A stretch of 64,000 bases of DNA from Syntrophorhabdaceae bacterium. Its GTDB lineage: Bacteria > Desulfobacterota > Syntrophorhabdia > Syntrophorhabdales > Syntrophorhabdaceae. Made by a program: the position numbers and the translations under genes. Below, piece after piece: positions 40,741 through 50,057 of the stretch; within the stretch, counting starts at the first letter, position 1, and each line of letters opens with the position of its first letter. The stretch lies in contig OY762209.1 in NCBI GenBank assembly GCA_963665295.1, positions 4,672,001-4,736,000 on the forward strand, in the 5' to 3' direction. A model generated the notes under the pieces. It worked only from the letters and a program-made list of their open reading frames with translations. It did no database searches and was not told the origin of the DNA.

Positions 40741-41166
40741 ATGAAGATCATTGTCGTTTCGGGCGCTCGTTCAAATGTCGGGAAGACACATCTTTCGCGT
40801 GCGCTGTGCGACATGCTCCCTGGAGCCGTGCGGGTAAAAATAGGCCATCATGCGCGTAAACCGGGCGGCGACAGCAATCTGTACCCCATGGGAACCGGCC
40901 TTTCGACCATAGCCGCCCAGCACGGCGATGCAGATTTTCTCATTATCGAGAGCAACCGCATACTTGAGGAGATAAGCCCCGAGTGTGCGATTTACCTCGA
41001 GGCGGACAATGCGAAGCCGTCCGCCGAAATTGCGAGAAAGAAGGCCGATATCGTCCGGGGCGAACCCGTTCCTGCATCAAAAATATCCCTCCTTGCCAAA
41101 CGGACAGGGTGTGATGAATCAGTCATCCGGAAGATCGTGAAGCTATCGGGGGCGCGGGAAGAATAA
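40741..41166 (+). CDS. Small P-loop protein, MobB-like N-terminus
   Basis: ATG 40741: MKIIVVSGARSNVGKT; FLIIESNRI. Confidence 0.65.
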   Translation: MKIIVVSGARSNVGKTHLSRALCDMLPGAVRVKIGHHARKPGGDSNLYPMGTGLSTIAAQHGDADFLIIESNRILEEISPECAIYLEADNAKPSAEIARKKADIVRGEPVPASKISLLAKRTGCDESVIRKIVKLSGAREE

Positions 41167-41225
41167 CGCGGGACTTAGTTTGCGCAACTTATAACAAGGG
41201 GTATAAAGCTCAATCGACGTTCCTG

Positions 41226-42659
41226 TCAGCTGGAACAATTCATGGGTGATTTCGTGAGTATCCTGTTCAAAGGCCGCGTGACAAAATACTCAAGAAGGTA
41301 TTTGTTCAATCCCTTTTCGGGATTCGCGCCTATGCATTCTCCCCTTATAAAAGGAAGAAAAGGACAGCTCCAGCCGGAAAGATCCGCTTCTTCCCCCTTT
41401 GCCCTCTCCATCACGCTATCATAGAGATCGGCGGTCCAATTGTTGTAACTTCCGCATTGGCCGTCCATCAATCTCTCCCAAAAACCTTCATCGAATGTCC
41501 CGAAATGCATCTTTGTTCCTGCAAACCGCTGGCAGGGATAGATGACGCCGTCCGCGGAAAAAACCAATTGTTTTATCCCGGCGGGACATGAAAAATGGGC
41601 GCCTGTGATCATCTGAACAACGGCAAATTTCCACTCGCCATCAAACTCAATGCCGTACTTTTCCGTTGCCAGGTCCATCCTTTTTATGGCTTCGAACTTT
41701 TCCGATTCAGTCAGCTCCATTCGCAACTCGTCCTCGGAATGGCCACAGAAGATGTTCGCGGTAATGCTCTTAACTCCGATGGCGTTCATCTCATCCACAA
41801 ACTTCTCAATGTTCGTAAAATTCAGCTTGCTCAAGACCGTCAAAACACCGCAACCGACACCGGTGGCAATTATCCTCTTCAGGTTTTCGACGACCCTGTC
41901 ATATGTGCCTTTGCCGCAGGGATCTACTCTTCTTTTGTCGTTGTCTTCCCTGATGCCGTCAAGGCTGACCATAATCCCGAGTCTCAACCTGTTCTCTTCC
42001 ATCCACCTGTATATTTCCTCATTCAGGCTAAAAGCATTTGTGTGTATTCTAAATGAAGTCCTTATACCATACTCGTCGCCCATGCGGCACGCCTGGTCGT
42101 AAATCTTCCTCAACGTTTCAAAATTCAATAAAGGTTCGTAGCCAAGAAAGGATATGAGCAACCCGGGAATCCCCCTCTTCTTCAGGTAAGGGAACAATCC
42201 CTCCAGGATCCGGCCCGCAAAGTCGGCGGTCATATTGGCGCTCTTAAAATCGAAGAAGTTGTGGTAGCACCCCTTGCACGCCAGATTGCATTTGGCGGAA
42301 GTAAGAAAGGTAACCTTGGAGACTCTTGGAATCCTATTGTTGCTTCTCACTGTCTCAACATATTCCGAAAATATGTCTTTCCCTGCCTTATCTTCCTCTA
42401 TGAGAAACCGTTTTTCATACAGTTCCTGAATCAAGGCCGAAGGCTCACACCCGCACACCTCCGACACCTTGTCCATCGCATCTTCGGGGTTAACCCAGGA
42501 GTCAAACAGGTTCAGGACTTCGCTGATATCAAAATCGAAAGACGTGAGATTGCCATGCAGTTTACTATAGACCCTTACTTCTCTATCGTTTAGTCGGTTC
42601 ACGACCAAAAAAGGTGATTTCTTTAGTGAAACGCCTGGTTGCAGACCTTTTGGACGCAT
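41226..42659 (-). CDS. Radical SAM protein with N-terminal extension and SPASM/Twitch-like region
   Basis: CNLACKGC, GYEPLLN, VSLDG, CPAG..VFSADGVIYPCQRF. Confidence 0.85.
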   Translation of the reverse strand: MRPKGLQPGVSLKKSPFLVVNRLNDREVRVYSKLHGNLTSFDFDISEVLNLFDSWVNPEDAMDKVSEVCGCEPSALIQELYEKRFLIEEDKAGKDIFSEYVETVRSNNRIPRVSKVTFLTSAKCNLACKGCYHNFFDFKSANMTADFAGRILEGLFPYLKKRGIPGLLISFLGYEPLLNFETLRKIYDQACRMGDEYGIRTSFRIHTNAFSLNEEIYRWMEENRLRLGIMVSLDGIREDNDKRRVDPCGKGTYDRVVENLKRIIATGVGCGVLTVLSKLNFTNIEKFVDEMNAIGVKSITANIFCGHSEDELRMELTESEKFEAIKRMDLATEKYGIEFDGEWKFAVVQMITGAHFSCPAGIKQLVFSADGVIYPCQRFAGTKMHFGTFDEGFWERLMDGQCGSYNNWTADLYDSVMERAKGEEADLSGWSCPFLPFIRGECIGANPEKGLNKYLLEYFVTRPLNRILTKSPMNCSS

Positions 42660-42925
42660 TTGCAGTCTCCCGTAGCTTTAATGGTTTACTGACTGTCCGC
42701 CTGACAAAGGGACTTTTTCAACCTGTTTGTTCGTTTGGCGACCCTTTCGGATCATCGGTTCCACCACAAAAAAGTATGCTCCGCCGATGTTACCAGGCAT
42801 GATGCGAGGCGTAAGGCCGTACTGAAGTGATGCGTTCATCTCTTGCCGGCAAACCAACGAGGGCATTGACACTGCCGCCCGATCCAACGTCCGAGGATCG
42901 TTCCGCTACCTCCAAAAAATATCTG

Positions 42926-44173
42926 CTATATCTCGTCATGATGAATCAACTGAATTGCTACTTTTTCACCCGCCTTTATCCTCGTGGTCTCTTCCGGAAT
43001 GATAATCAGGCAGTTCGCATCGCTCATCGAACGAAGCACGCATGAGTTTTGATTACCCGTGGTCGAAACATAAAAATCATTATCCCTGATCGCAAAATAG
43101 CCCCTCATAAAATGGACCTTACCTGCAGGCTTCTTGATATCCTCTTCAAGGAATGCGTTCACAACCGGCTTCCTAAGCCTTCTTGCGCCCATCAGTCCGA
43201 GCAAGGCCGGTCTGACAAATTGAATAAACGACGTAAGGGTGGAAACGGGATTTCCCGGCAGACCGAAAATCAGTTTGTTGCCCTTCTTCCCGAATGTGCA
43301 CGGCCTCCCCGGTTTCACTTTGATCCATTCGAACTGTATCTCGATATCAAGATCACCGTAACTTTCTTTAACGAAGTCGTACTTCCCCATGGATACACCC
43401 CCCGTGGATATGACCACGTCGGATTTCAGGGCCCTTAGAAATATCTCCTTCGTATCCTCCAGGGTATCTTTGGCAATCCCCAGATAATCAGGGGTGATGC
43501 CATATTTTCCTATTTCGGAATACAACGTATAGGCATTGACGTTTCTGATCTGACCGTTTTGGATTTCTTCGCCCATATCAGCCAGCTCATCACCAGTGGA
43601 GATAATTGAAACGGTCGGCCGTTTATACACCTTTACGGGATTGTGATTCAGGGATGCAAGAATACCCACGTCGGCGGATCTCAGGCGATCCCCCTTCAGC
43701 AGCACCCTGTCACCTTTCTTTATGTTCTCTCCTGCTGACCTGCAATTCTTGTATTTGGCCATTTCGGCAAATATCTTTGCATAACCGGCTTCTTCTTCAG
43801 TGTCTTCAAAGGGGATTACCGAATCAGCGCCCTCCGGTAAGGGAGCACCGGTCATTATTCTTATTGCCGTTCCTTTTGAGACCTGTTTGCCGGCACTGGA
43901 ACCGCCTGCCTGCACTTCTCCCACAATTCGAAGTCTTACGGGTTCTTCTCTTGACGCCCCCCGCGTGTCATTTGCGATTACCGCATAACCGTCCATGGCG
44001 GAATCATCCACGGGAGGTATCATCGTGTCCGATACGATATCCTCGTATAAGACACGATTGAATGCTTCCATAATAGAAACATCTTCAAATCCAAGAGGGC
44101 TGACGGCATTCAGGATGATCTCTTGAGCTTCCTCGACGGACACCGTTAGATTTCTATTTCTCATCATAAACAA
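42926..44173 (-). CDS. moeA: Molybdopterin/tungstopterin metal insertase MoeA
   Basis: SAMDGYAV, RIMTGAPLPEGADSV, STGDEL, TGGVSMGKYDFV, KPGRP, GLPGNPVS; start uncertain by a few codons. Confidence 0.93.
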   Translation of the reverse strand: MFMMRNRNLTVSVEEAQEIILNAVSPLGFEDVSIMEAFNRVLYEDIVSDTMIPPVDDSAMDGYAVIANDTRGASREEPVRLRIVGEVQAGGSSAGKQVSKGTAIRIMTGAPLPEGADSVIPFEDTEEEAGYAKIFAEMAKYKNCRSAGENIKKGDRVLLKGDRLRSADVGILASLNHNPVKVYKRPTVSIISTGDELADMGEEIQNGQIRNVNAYTLYSEIGKYGITPDYLGIAKDTLEDTKEIFLRALKSDVVISTGGVSMGKYDFVKESYGDLDIEIQFEWIKVKPGRPCTFGKKGNKLIFGLPGNPVSTLTSFIQFVRPALLGLMGARRLRKPVVNAFLEEDIKKPAGKVHFMRGYFAIRDNDFYVSTTGNQNSCVLRSMSDANCLIIIPEETTRIKAGEKVAIQLIHHDEI

Positions 44174-44577
44174 TATGTATGGGACTCAATTTGGTCCTTT
44201 ATTGTATCATAAGACGGTTTAAAAAGAAATATTTTCTTCGTTTTGGTCGCTTATTAGTTCTATTTGTCACAAACATAGGTCATAATACCCTTTTTTTGCC
44301 TCATGGTCATCGGGTTCAATCTTTGATATGTGAAAATATGCACAGCCTGTTTTGGCAAAAGTCACATAATAACCGATTCACGATTGAACGAACCATTATG
44401 GCCGATGCAATGGGTAAAAAAACCGTTAAAAGAGAATGGCAGGTCTAGGCCGCGCACAGGGCCTTGTGCCCGACTTTTTTGTCGCACCTCCCTTCCCGGA
44501 ACGACAAAAATGTGGGCGCCTCAAGGCGGCCACTTTTGTTTACCGCATTATTTCAATGTCTTACATGGCAGATCGAG

Positions 44578-44593
44578 AGGCACGGATATTGCT
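44578..44593 (+). promoter_or_regulatory. Sigma54 promoter (-24/-12)
   Basis: AGGCACGGATATTGCT, GG-N10-GC, upstream of the small lipoprotein gene. Confidence 0.65.
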
Positions 44594-44657
44594 TTTATAA
44601 TCCATGAGGCCTGAAGGCAACAGGAACATGGGCCACAACATTGGAATGGAGGGATTT

Positions 44658-44792
44658 ATGAAGAGACTTATCCTGGCACTTATTGCGCTCACCCTGTTCA
44701 CGGGATGCGCGGTTGTTCCCCTCGGCCATTATAGAGGACACGGGCCATCATACCATCATTACAACTCGCACGGCTACCACCGTGGCTACTGA
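44658..44792 (+). CDS. 44-aa His/Tyr/Gly-rich lipoprotein
   Basis: RBS GGAGG; MKRLILALIALTLFTGC lipobox; mature CAVVPLGHYRGHGPSYHHYNSHGYHRGY. Confidence 0.7.
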   Translation: MKRLILALIALTLFTGCAVVPLGHYRGHGPSYHHYNSHGYHRGY

Positions 44793-45054
44793 TGTGGGGG
44801 ATCGACCGGCATAGCGCCTGCAAACGCCTGCCGGTCCCATGTCTCCTTATTCCTTTTTCCCGTACATCGACAATTGACGATCACCGGGGATTGTTCAAAA
44901 TGCCAGGATAACTAAAATGTGAGGAAAGGGCCCGGGATTGGGCCTGTTACGCCCTACCTGCTATCCAAGAAGGCGGGTAGCTTCTGCGGGGCCACAAACA
45001 ACCTCGTAATGGATGGATGCGAAGGTCAGGACCCGGATCGATCTGCCCCATATA

Positions 45055-46668
45055 TTACAGGCTTGCATAGATCTTCAACTGCTGCCGCGGATAAATCTGT
45101 GCCTTTTCAATGTTGTTCCACCTCATCACGTCCTTCGGGTATACATTGAACTTGTCCGATATCCCCGCCAGACTGTCACCTTTCTTTACCATGTATATAA
45201 GGGGCTTCTTCGCCTGAGTCCGGTAGACCGTGAGCGTCCGGCCTTCTCTTATGTCCAGTCCGTTCTTCAACCCGTTTCCTGCAATCACGTCCTTGGGCCT
45301 AACCCTGAAGCTCTGGCATATCTCCGTTATCGTATCCCCTTTCTTCACCTTGTAGACTACCGTATCCATAGCAACGGGCGGATATACCTTCAGTTTCTGC
45401 CCCAACACGACCCTCTGGTCCTTCATTTTGTTCCACTTCCTGATATCGTCCTTATCCACCTGGAACATGTCCGCCACCGTGGAAAGGCTATTGTTCTTCT
45501 TAACAACATAGATGAGGGGTTTTACCTCGGGCGTCTTTGTTCTTGCCGACGCCGCCACGCCTTTTCCTTTACTCACACCCTTGTGGACCGCTTCCGGAGA
45601 CCGGCGAGGCTCCCCCGCCCCCATGTCAGGCTCCGGCGACCTGTAACCGGCGAAAGCGGCGCTGATCTCAAGGATTTCATTTTGGTTTTCAAACCTTCGG
45701 AACCCGAACACCTCGGGATTGCTCCCAATCACTGCGGCAGCGATGACCTTGGGAGGATATTCCCTCGTTTCCTTTGCAAGACAGGTGCGAATGTGCCAGA
45801 AAGTTCTTTCTTCCATGGGATTGTCTATCCGTTTGAGGCACGATATGATCCTCCCTTCGCCGCAGTTATAGGCGGCGAGAGCAAGAAGAAAAGACCTCGG
45901 ACCGAAGATGGCGATCAGGTCGTGAAAGTATTCGACAGCGGCAAAGGTTGATTTTACCGGGTCCAGCCTGTCGTCAACACGGTCGGACACGCGAAGCGAA
46001 TACCTTTTGGCCGTACCCGACATGAACTGCCACATACCTACGGCCCCTGCATGGCTGCGGGCATTGGGGTTGAAACCCGATTCAAGGAACGCGATAAATG
46101 CCATGTCTTCCGGTATGTTCCTCTTTTTGAAGACCTCCTTCACGGCAGGCATATATCCTGCCGACCTTCTAAGGGAACTGTTCATGAACCGCCTGTACTG
46201 GTCGTTCGTCTGAAAGGCCTTCACGTAGAGCTTCACCTCGTTGAGAAAAACCGTTTCCACTTTATCGTCCTTTTCTCCGAACTCGCCGAGAAGCCGCTTA
46301 AGTTCCCGCTCAATCAGAGCGTCATGGCCCACCGTGGTGGCCCTGCCCAGGGAGCGTTCGTCAATCTGAATGCGGGGAAGGTCCCGGAAAGGGATATTGT
46401 CTTCCCTGCCGGCGAGGCCCGTCTGACTGCTCTTCCCATTGGCCACAGTCCTTTCCCCGGCAGGGCGGGCCATATCTTCCACACTGATCCTGTTCTCGCC
46501 CTGGCCGGAAGATACGGGACCCTTCAGTGCGTCTTCATGGGCCGACGCGACGGGCGCCTCACGCCTCCCCTGAACGCCGCTTACATAGGACATGGAGGTG
46601 CATGAGGCGCAGAGAACCACGAGTACTGCCGCGAAAGACAGCGTAATCACCTGTTTTGTTTTTTTCAT
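45055..46668 (-). CDS. MltD-like lytic transglycosylase lipoprotein with three LysM domains
   Basis: Lipobox-like CASC, LESGFNPNARSHAGAVGMWQFM, LAAYNCGEG, KETREYPPK, three LysM repeats. Confidence 0.9.
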   Translation of the reverse strand: MKKTKQVITLSFAAVLVVLCASCTSMSYVSGVQGRREAPVASAHEDALKGPVSSGQGENRISVEDMARPAGERTVANGKSSQTGLAGREDNIPFRDLPRIQIDERSLGRATTVGHDALIERELKRLLGEFGEKDDKVETVFLNEVKLYVKAFQTNDQYRRFMNSSLRRSAGYMPAVKEVFKKRNIPEDMAFIAFLESGFNPNARSHAGAVGMWQFMSGTAKRYSLRVSDRVDDRLDPVKSTFAAVEYFHDLIAIFGPRSFLLALAAYNCGEGRIISCLKRIDNPMEERTFWHIRTCLAKETREYPPKVIAAAVIGSNPEVFGFRRFENQNEILEISAAFAGYRSPEPDMGAGEPRRSPEAVHKGVSKGKGVAASARTKTPEVKPLIYVVKKNNSLSTVADMFQVDKDDIRKWNKMKDQRVVLGQKLKVYPPVAMDTVVYKVKKGDTITEICQSFRVRPKDVIAGNGLKNGLDIREGRTLTVYRTQAKKPLIYMVKKGDSLAGISDKFNVYPKDVMRWNNIEKAQIYPRQQLKIYASL

Positions 46669-46736
46669 CCGGACCTCCCGCCCGGTCGTTTTCTCCCGCG
46701 AGGGGGTGCAATTCGGCATATCGGGCTATATAATAA

Positions 46737-46761
46737 AGACGGATGTGGACACCGTTTTTCT
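46737..46761 (-). promoter_or_regulatory. Putative ECF promoter AGAA-N15-CCGTCT upstream of the mltD-like gene
   Basis: GAGAA AAACGGTGTCCACAT CCGTCT. Confidence 0.65.
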
Positions 46762-46781
46762 CACTCCCTTCCCCGGCTGGC

Positions 46782-48551
46782 CTACGGTGGGCCGCCGGTC
46801 CTGCCGTCAAGACCCGTGAGCGCCCTCGCGAGCACGTCTACAGCCATGGGGGCCGCCACTTCGCCCCCCTTGCCCTTGTTCTCTGCAATGACCGCAATGG
46901 CAAGGCGAGGATTACCGGCCGGGGCAAATCCGATGAACCACGAATGTGCCTTTTCGTCTCTTCCTGTCTCCGCCGTCCCGGTCTTTCCTGCCACGTGGAC
47001 TGCAACGGCACGGGGACCCGTTGGTTCCGTGGTATACCTTCCATTTTCGAAGTAGAGCTTCTTCACGTGTTTTCCCGTGCCTTCGAGCATAACCCTTTCC
47101 ATGAGGTTTCTCGCGGTTTTTGCGGTCGCCTCGCCTAGCGCCCTGTCCTTCATCACCACTGGACCGCCGGAGACCATCATTCTTTCCCCCCTTGCCGTCC
47201 TTATCTGACGCACCACATAGGGGTTCAGGACCCTGCCCCCGTTTGCCACGGTGGCCGCTACCATGGCCATCTGGAGCGGGGTCGCGGCTACAAGGTTCTG
47301 TCCTATGGAGCACTGGGCCACTATTCCCTTGTTCCTCGTAAAATCACGTTTCGTAAACGTGCGGAGCGTCTTCGTCCCCTCCTTGTTTTCATAGTAAGAG
47401 AAGGCAAGGCTCCTGGTGGCCTCGTATTTGTGTCCCTCTATCTGAGGGACCAGGTTCACGGGGTTGTTAAACCCCAACTTCACCGCATAGTCATACAACG
47501 CAGGCCCCATGGAAACCCCGATTTCACTGAAGAACGGATTGCATGACTGAATAAAGCCCTTTTCCAGGGTTACCGTGCCATGGCCGTGTTCTTTGTACTC
47601 GTCGGCAATATTATACTGATTCCTCCTTCCGTTGCAGAGGATGGAGAAATCCCGGCGCCCTTCATTTCCGTGGCCTGTATCGAGCCACGTAAGCATAACC
47701 ACGGTCTTGAAGGTGGACCCCAGGGGATAAAGCACGGAGAATGCCCTGTTTTCATAGAGCTTATCCTCCGTGTCCCTGACCACCCTGTCCCACATATGCC
47801 TGTCTCGGGTGTTGGGGTCATAGGAAGGGGCGCTCACCGCGGCGATCACCTCTCCTGTTTTTACGTCCATCACCACAATGGCGCCCTTCATTTTACCCAT
47901 GAGTTCGTAACCGTATCTCTGGAGTCCGCTGTCTATGGTGAGAAACACGTCGTCCCCGAGGACTATTCGCTTAAAAGGATTGCTCATGTCATGATATATG
48001 GGGTTATGTGCCCGTCCGGCCAGATAGGGATCCAACTCCTTCTCGAGGTTACGCACGCCGTAAACGGCATTAAAATGGCCTATGAGGGGAGAAAATTCCG
48101 GGCCGTAGGCATATTCCCTCTTCGTGGGAAAAAACTTGTCGTTAATCACCGTTTTGGTGAGAGGCACACCGCTGCGGTCAAAAAACGAGCCCCGCCATAC
48201 GATCTCCTCCTTCTTGGGGTTCGCCTTCGCGCAGAATTGAGTGTTGAACACCACCTTCCCGTCGGCCCCGAATAGTGCCCCCGAATTGATTGCCTGCCTG
48301 ACCTTTTCCGCCGTATCCCTGCTCAGCTTTCTCCGGCCCATGGCATCCTCGTCTATCCCTACCAGGCGACCGTTTACCACAAATACTCCATCACTCTCAA
48401 GGCCGGCCACGACCTCAACGAACCTCTTGTCTACGTACCGCGATGTAGCGTATTTCTTATTGTTGACGACCATACGGTCGAAAAGGAGGTATGCGACGAA
48501 AAGACCGCTGACGACCAATACGAGGGCAACGATCTTCATTCTGCCGTTCAT
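46782..48551 (-). CDS. Class B penicillin-binding transpeptidase, PbpA-like
   Basis: N-terminal TM; SxxK (GSTFK), SCN, KTGT motifs; IGQ..ATPLQMA. Confidence 0.9.
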   Translation of the reverse strand: MNGRMKIVALVLVVSGLFVAYLLFDRMVVNNKKYATSRYVDKRFVEVVAGLESDGVFVVNGRLVGIDEDAMGRRKLSRDTAEKVRQAINSGALFGADGKVVFNTQFCAKANPKKEEIVWRGSFFDRSGVPLTKTVINDKFFPTKREYAYGPEFSPLIGHFNAVYGVRNLEKELDPYLAGRAHNPIYHDMSNPFKRIVLGDDVFLTIDSGLQRYGYELMGKMKGAIVVMDVKTGEVIAAVSAPSYDPNTRDRHMWDRVVRDTEDKLYENRAFSVLYPLGSTFKTVVMLTWLDTGHGNEGRRDFSILCNGRRNQYNIADEYKEHGHGTVTLEKGFIQSCNPFFSEIGVSMGPALYDYAVKLGFNNPVNLVPQIEGHKYEATRSLAFSYYENKEGTKTLRTFTKRDFTRNKGIVAQCSIGQNLVAATPLQMAMVAATVANGGRVLNPYVVRQIRTARGERMMVSGGPVVMKDRALGEATAKTARNLMERVMLEGTGKHVKKLYFENGRYTTEPTGPRAVAVHVAGKTGTAETGRDEKAHSWFIGFAPAGNPRLAIAVIAENKGKGGEVAAPMAVDVLARALTGLDGRTGGPP

Positions 48552-49927
48552 CGTTCCTCCCCCGAAACCCGTATCGCTATTCCGGCCATTATGAAGCTTA
48601 TGACAATGGAACTGCCTCCGTAACTGCAGAAGGGCAGGGTAATTCCCGTGAGAGGGATTCCGTTCAGGTTTCCCGCGAGGATAATGAAGGACTGCACTGC
48701 GATCATGAGTGCGACGCCGACAGCGAGCATCCTCTTGTAGACATTGTTGTTCCTGAAGGCCCCGAGGATAATCCTGTGGAGTAGGACGGCGTATGCAAAG
48801 AGGAGGGAAAGACCCCCCATAAGACCCATTTCTTCACAGATAGCGGCAAAATTGAAATCGGACTGCACCTCAGGTATCCTGTGGGCAAGTCCGAAGCCGA
48901 TCCCATTCCCGAATATACCCCCTGTCGAGATGGACCACAAAACCGTTGTTATAGCCTCCCCTCTGCCGAAGGGATCGAGGAACATGTCTACCCTTTGCCT
49001 CAGGACGTGGGGAAAGTTCATCGTGTAACACGCCCAGCCCACGAAGGCAATGGCGGAAGCGACAAGGAGGGTAATATAGATCTTGTTACCTGCAAGGTGA
49101 AGCATTATAAAACAGACGACAAAGAGGAGGATGGTCGCCCCATAGTCGCCCTGGAGCACGGTCGGGCCTATTGCGAAGACGCATGCGAAGGCATAGGGAA
49201 TAGTATACCTGCACCACGTGAGGAACCTGCCCCTTCCATGAAAGGTAATCCCCTTCCCCTCGTTATAGAGGTACCCCGCAATAAAGAAGAGGACAAAAAG
49301 CTTTATGGGCTCTATCACCTGAAACCCGAAGAGCCAGAGTTTTCTTCCGTTTATGGTGGTGCCGAAAAACCATGTGACCGCAAAGAGCACCAATGAACAG
49401 ACTATCCACAGGTACCGTCTGCCGGACATCCAGGCGAAGAAAGATTTGCTGAAGACCTTTGTGGTAACTACGAGGGCGAGGACCCCCGCGGCGATATTCA
49501 CGAAGTGACTCGTTCCAAGTTGGGCGAGAGTTCGCACGTTGTCGGTCACCTTTGCCGAAGGGTTCGCGCCGACAATACCCTGCAAGGCATCGCTTCTCAT
49601 GATGGCAAGGTCGGGCGCCAGGCGGAGGATCATAATGAACCCTATGCCCGATATGAATGCCACGGTCGGCAGGACATAGGGGTCCGCCCCGGGGATGGCG
49701 ACCCTCAGATGAAAATGAGCCAACATGAATACGCTCACGAAAAGGGCAAAATAAAGGGCGTTCGGAATTGGGCTCAAGATGAGGGAGACAAGGTCCATGT
49801 CGCCGGATAGGGTTTTGACGGAAAAGGGCAAACCTCTCGTCACAAGGTGGTGGTGAAGGAGAAAGAACCCTAGCCCGAGGGACGTAAAGACCAGAAGAAG
49901 GTATTTCAGCTCAAGTGTGCGCCTCAT
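48548..49927 (-). CDS. SEDS peptidoglycan polymerase (RodA/FtsW family)
   Basis: Multi-TM; ADPYVLP, INGRKLW, QGDYG, SDFNFAAICEEMG, IPLTGITLPFCSYGGSS. Confidence 0.9.
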   Translation of the reverse strand: MRRTLELKYLLLVFTSLGLGFFLLHHHLVTRGLPFSVKTLSGDMDLVSLILSPIPNALYFALFVSVFMLAHFHLRVAIPGADPYVLPTVAFISGIGFIMILRLAPDLAIMRSDALQGIVGANPSAKVTDNVRTLAQLGTSHFVNIAAGVLALVVTTKVFSKSFFAWMSGRRYLWIVCSLVLFAVTWFFGTTINGRKLWLFGFQVIEPIKLFVLFFIAGYLYNEGKGITFHGRGRFLTWCRYTIPYAFACVFAIGPTVLQGDYGATILLFVVCFIMLHLAGNKIYITLLVASAIAFVGWACYTMNFPHVLRQRVDMFLDPFGRGEAITTVLWSISTGGIFGNGIGFGLAHRIPEVQSDFNFAAICEEMGLMGGLSLLFAYAVLLHRIILGAFRNNNVYKRMLAVGVALMIAVQSFIILAGNLNGIPLTGITLPFCSYGGSSIVISFIMAGIAIRVSGEER

Positions 49928-49953
49928 TGCTCTCCTTATTGTTTTATATAGGT

Positions 49954-49978
49954 AGACGGATAAACCCCGAAAACTTCT
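49954..49978 (-). promoter_or_regulatory. Putative ECF promoter upstream of rodA-pbpA
   Basis: AAGAA GTTTTCGGGGTTTAT CCGTCT. Confidence 0.65.
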
Positions 49979-50057
49979 TGGTCCCGTGTCTCTTTTTCAG
50001 CCGGATTCAAAGGAAATGTGAAGGAATTGCGTGTTACGTCCCGGGTGGGATTTCTCT

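Noticed and set aside
42660..42925. Moco/Wco riboswitch or RiPP precursor between moeA and the rSAM gene
   Set aside because: No consensus elements recognised, and the short ORF has no convincing start or core pattern
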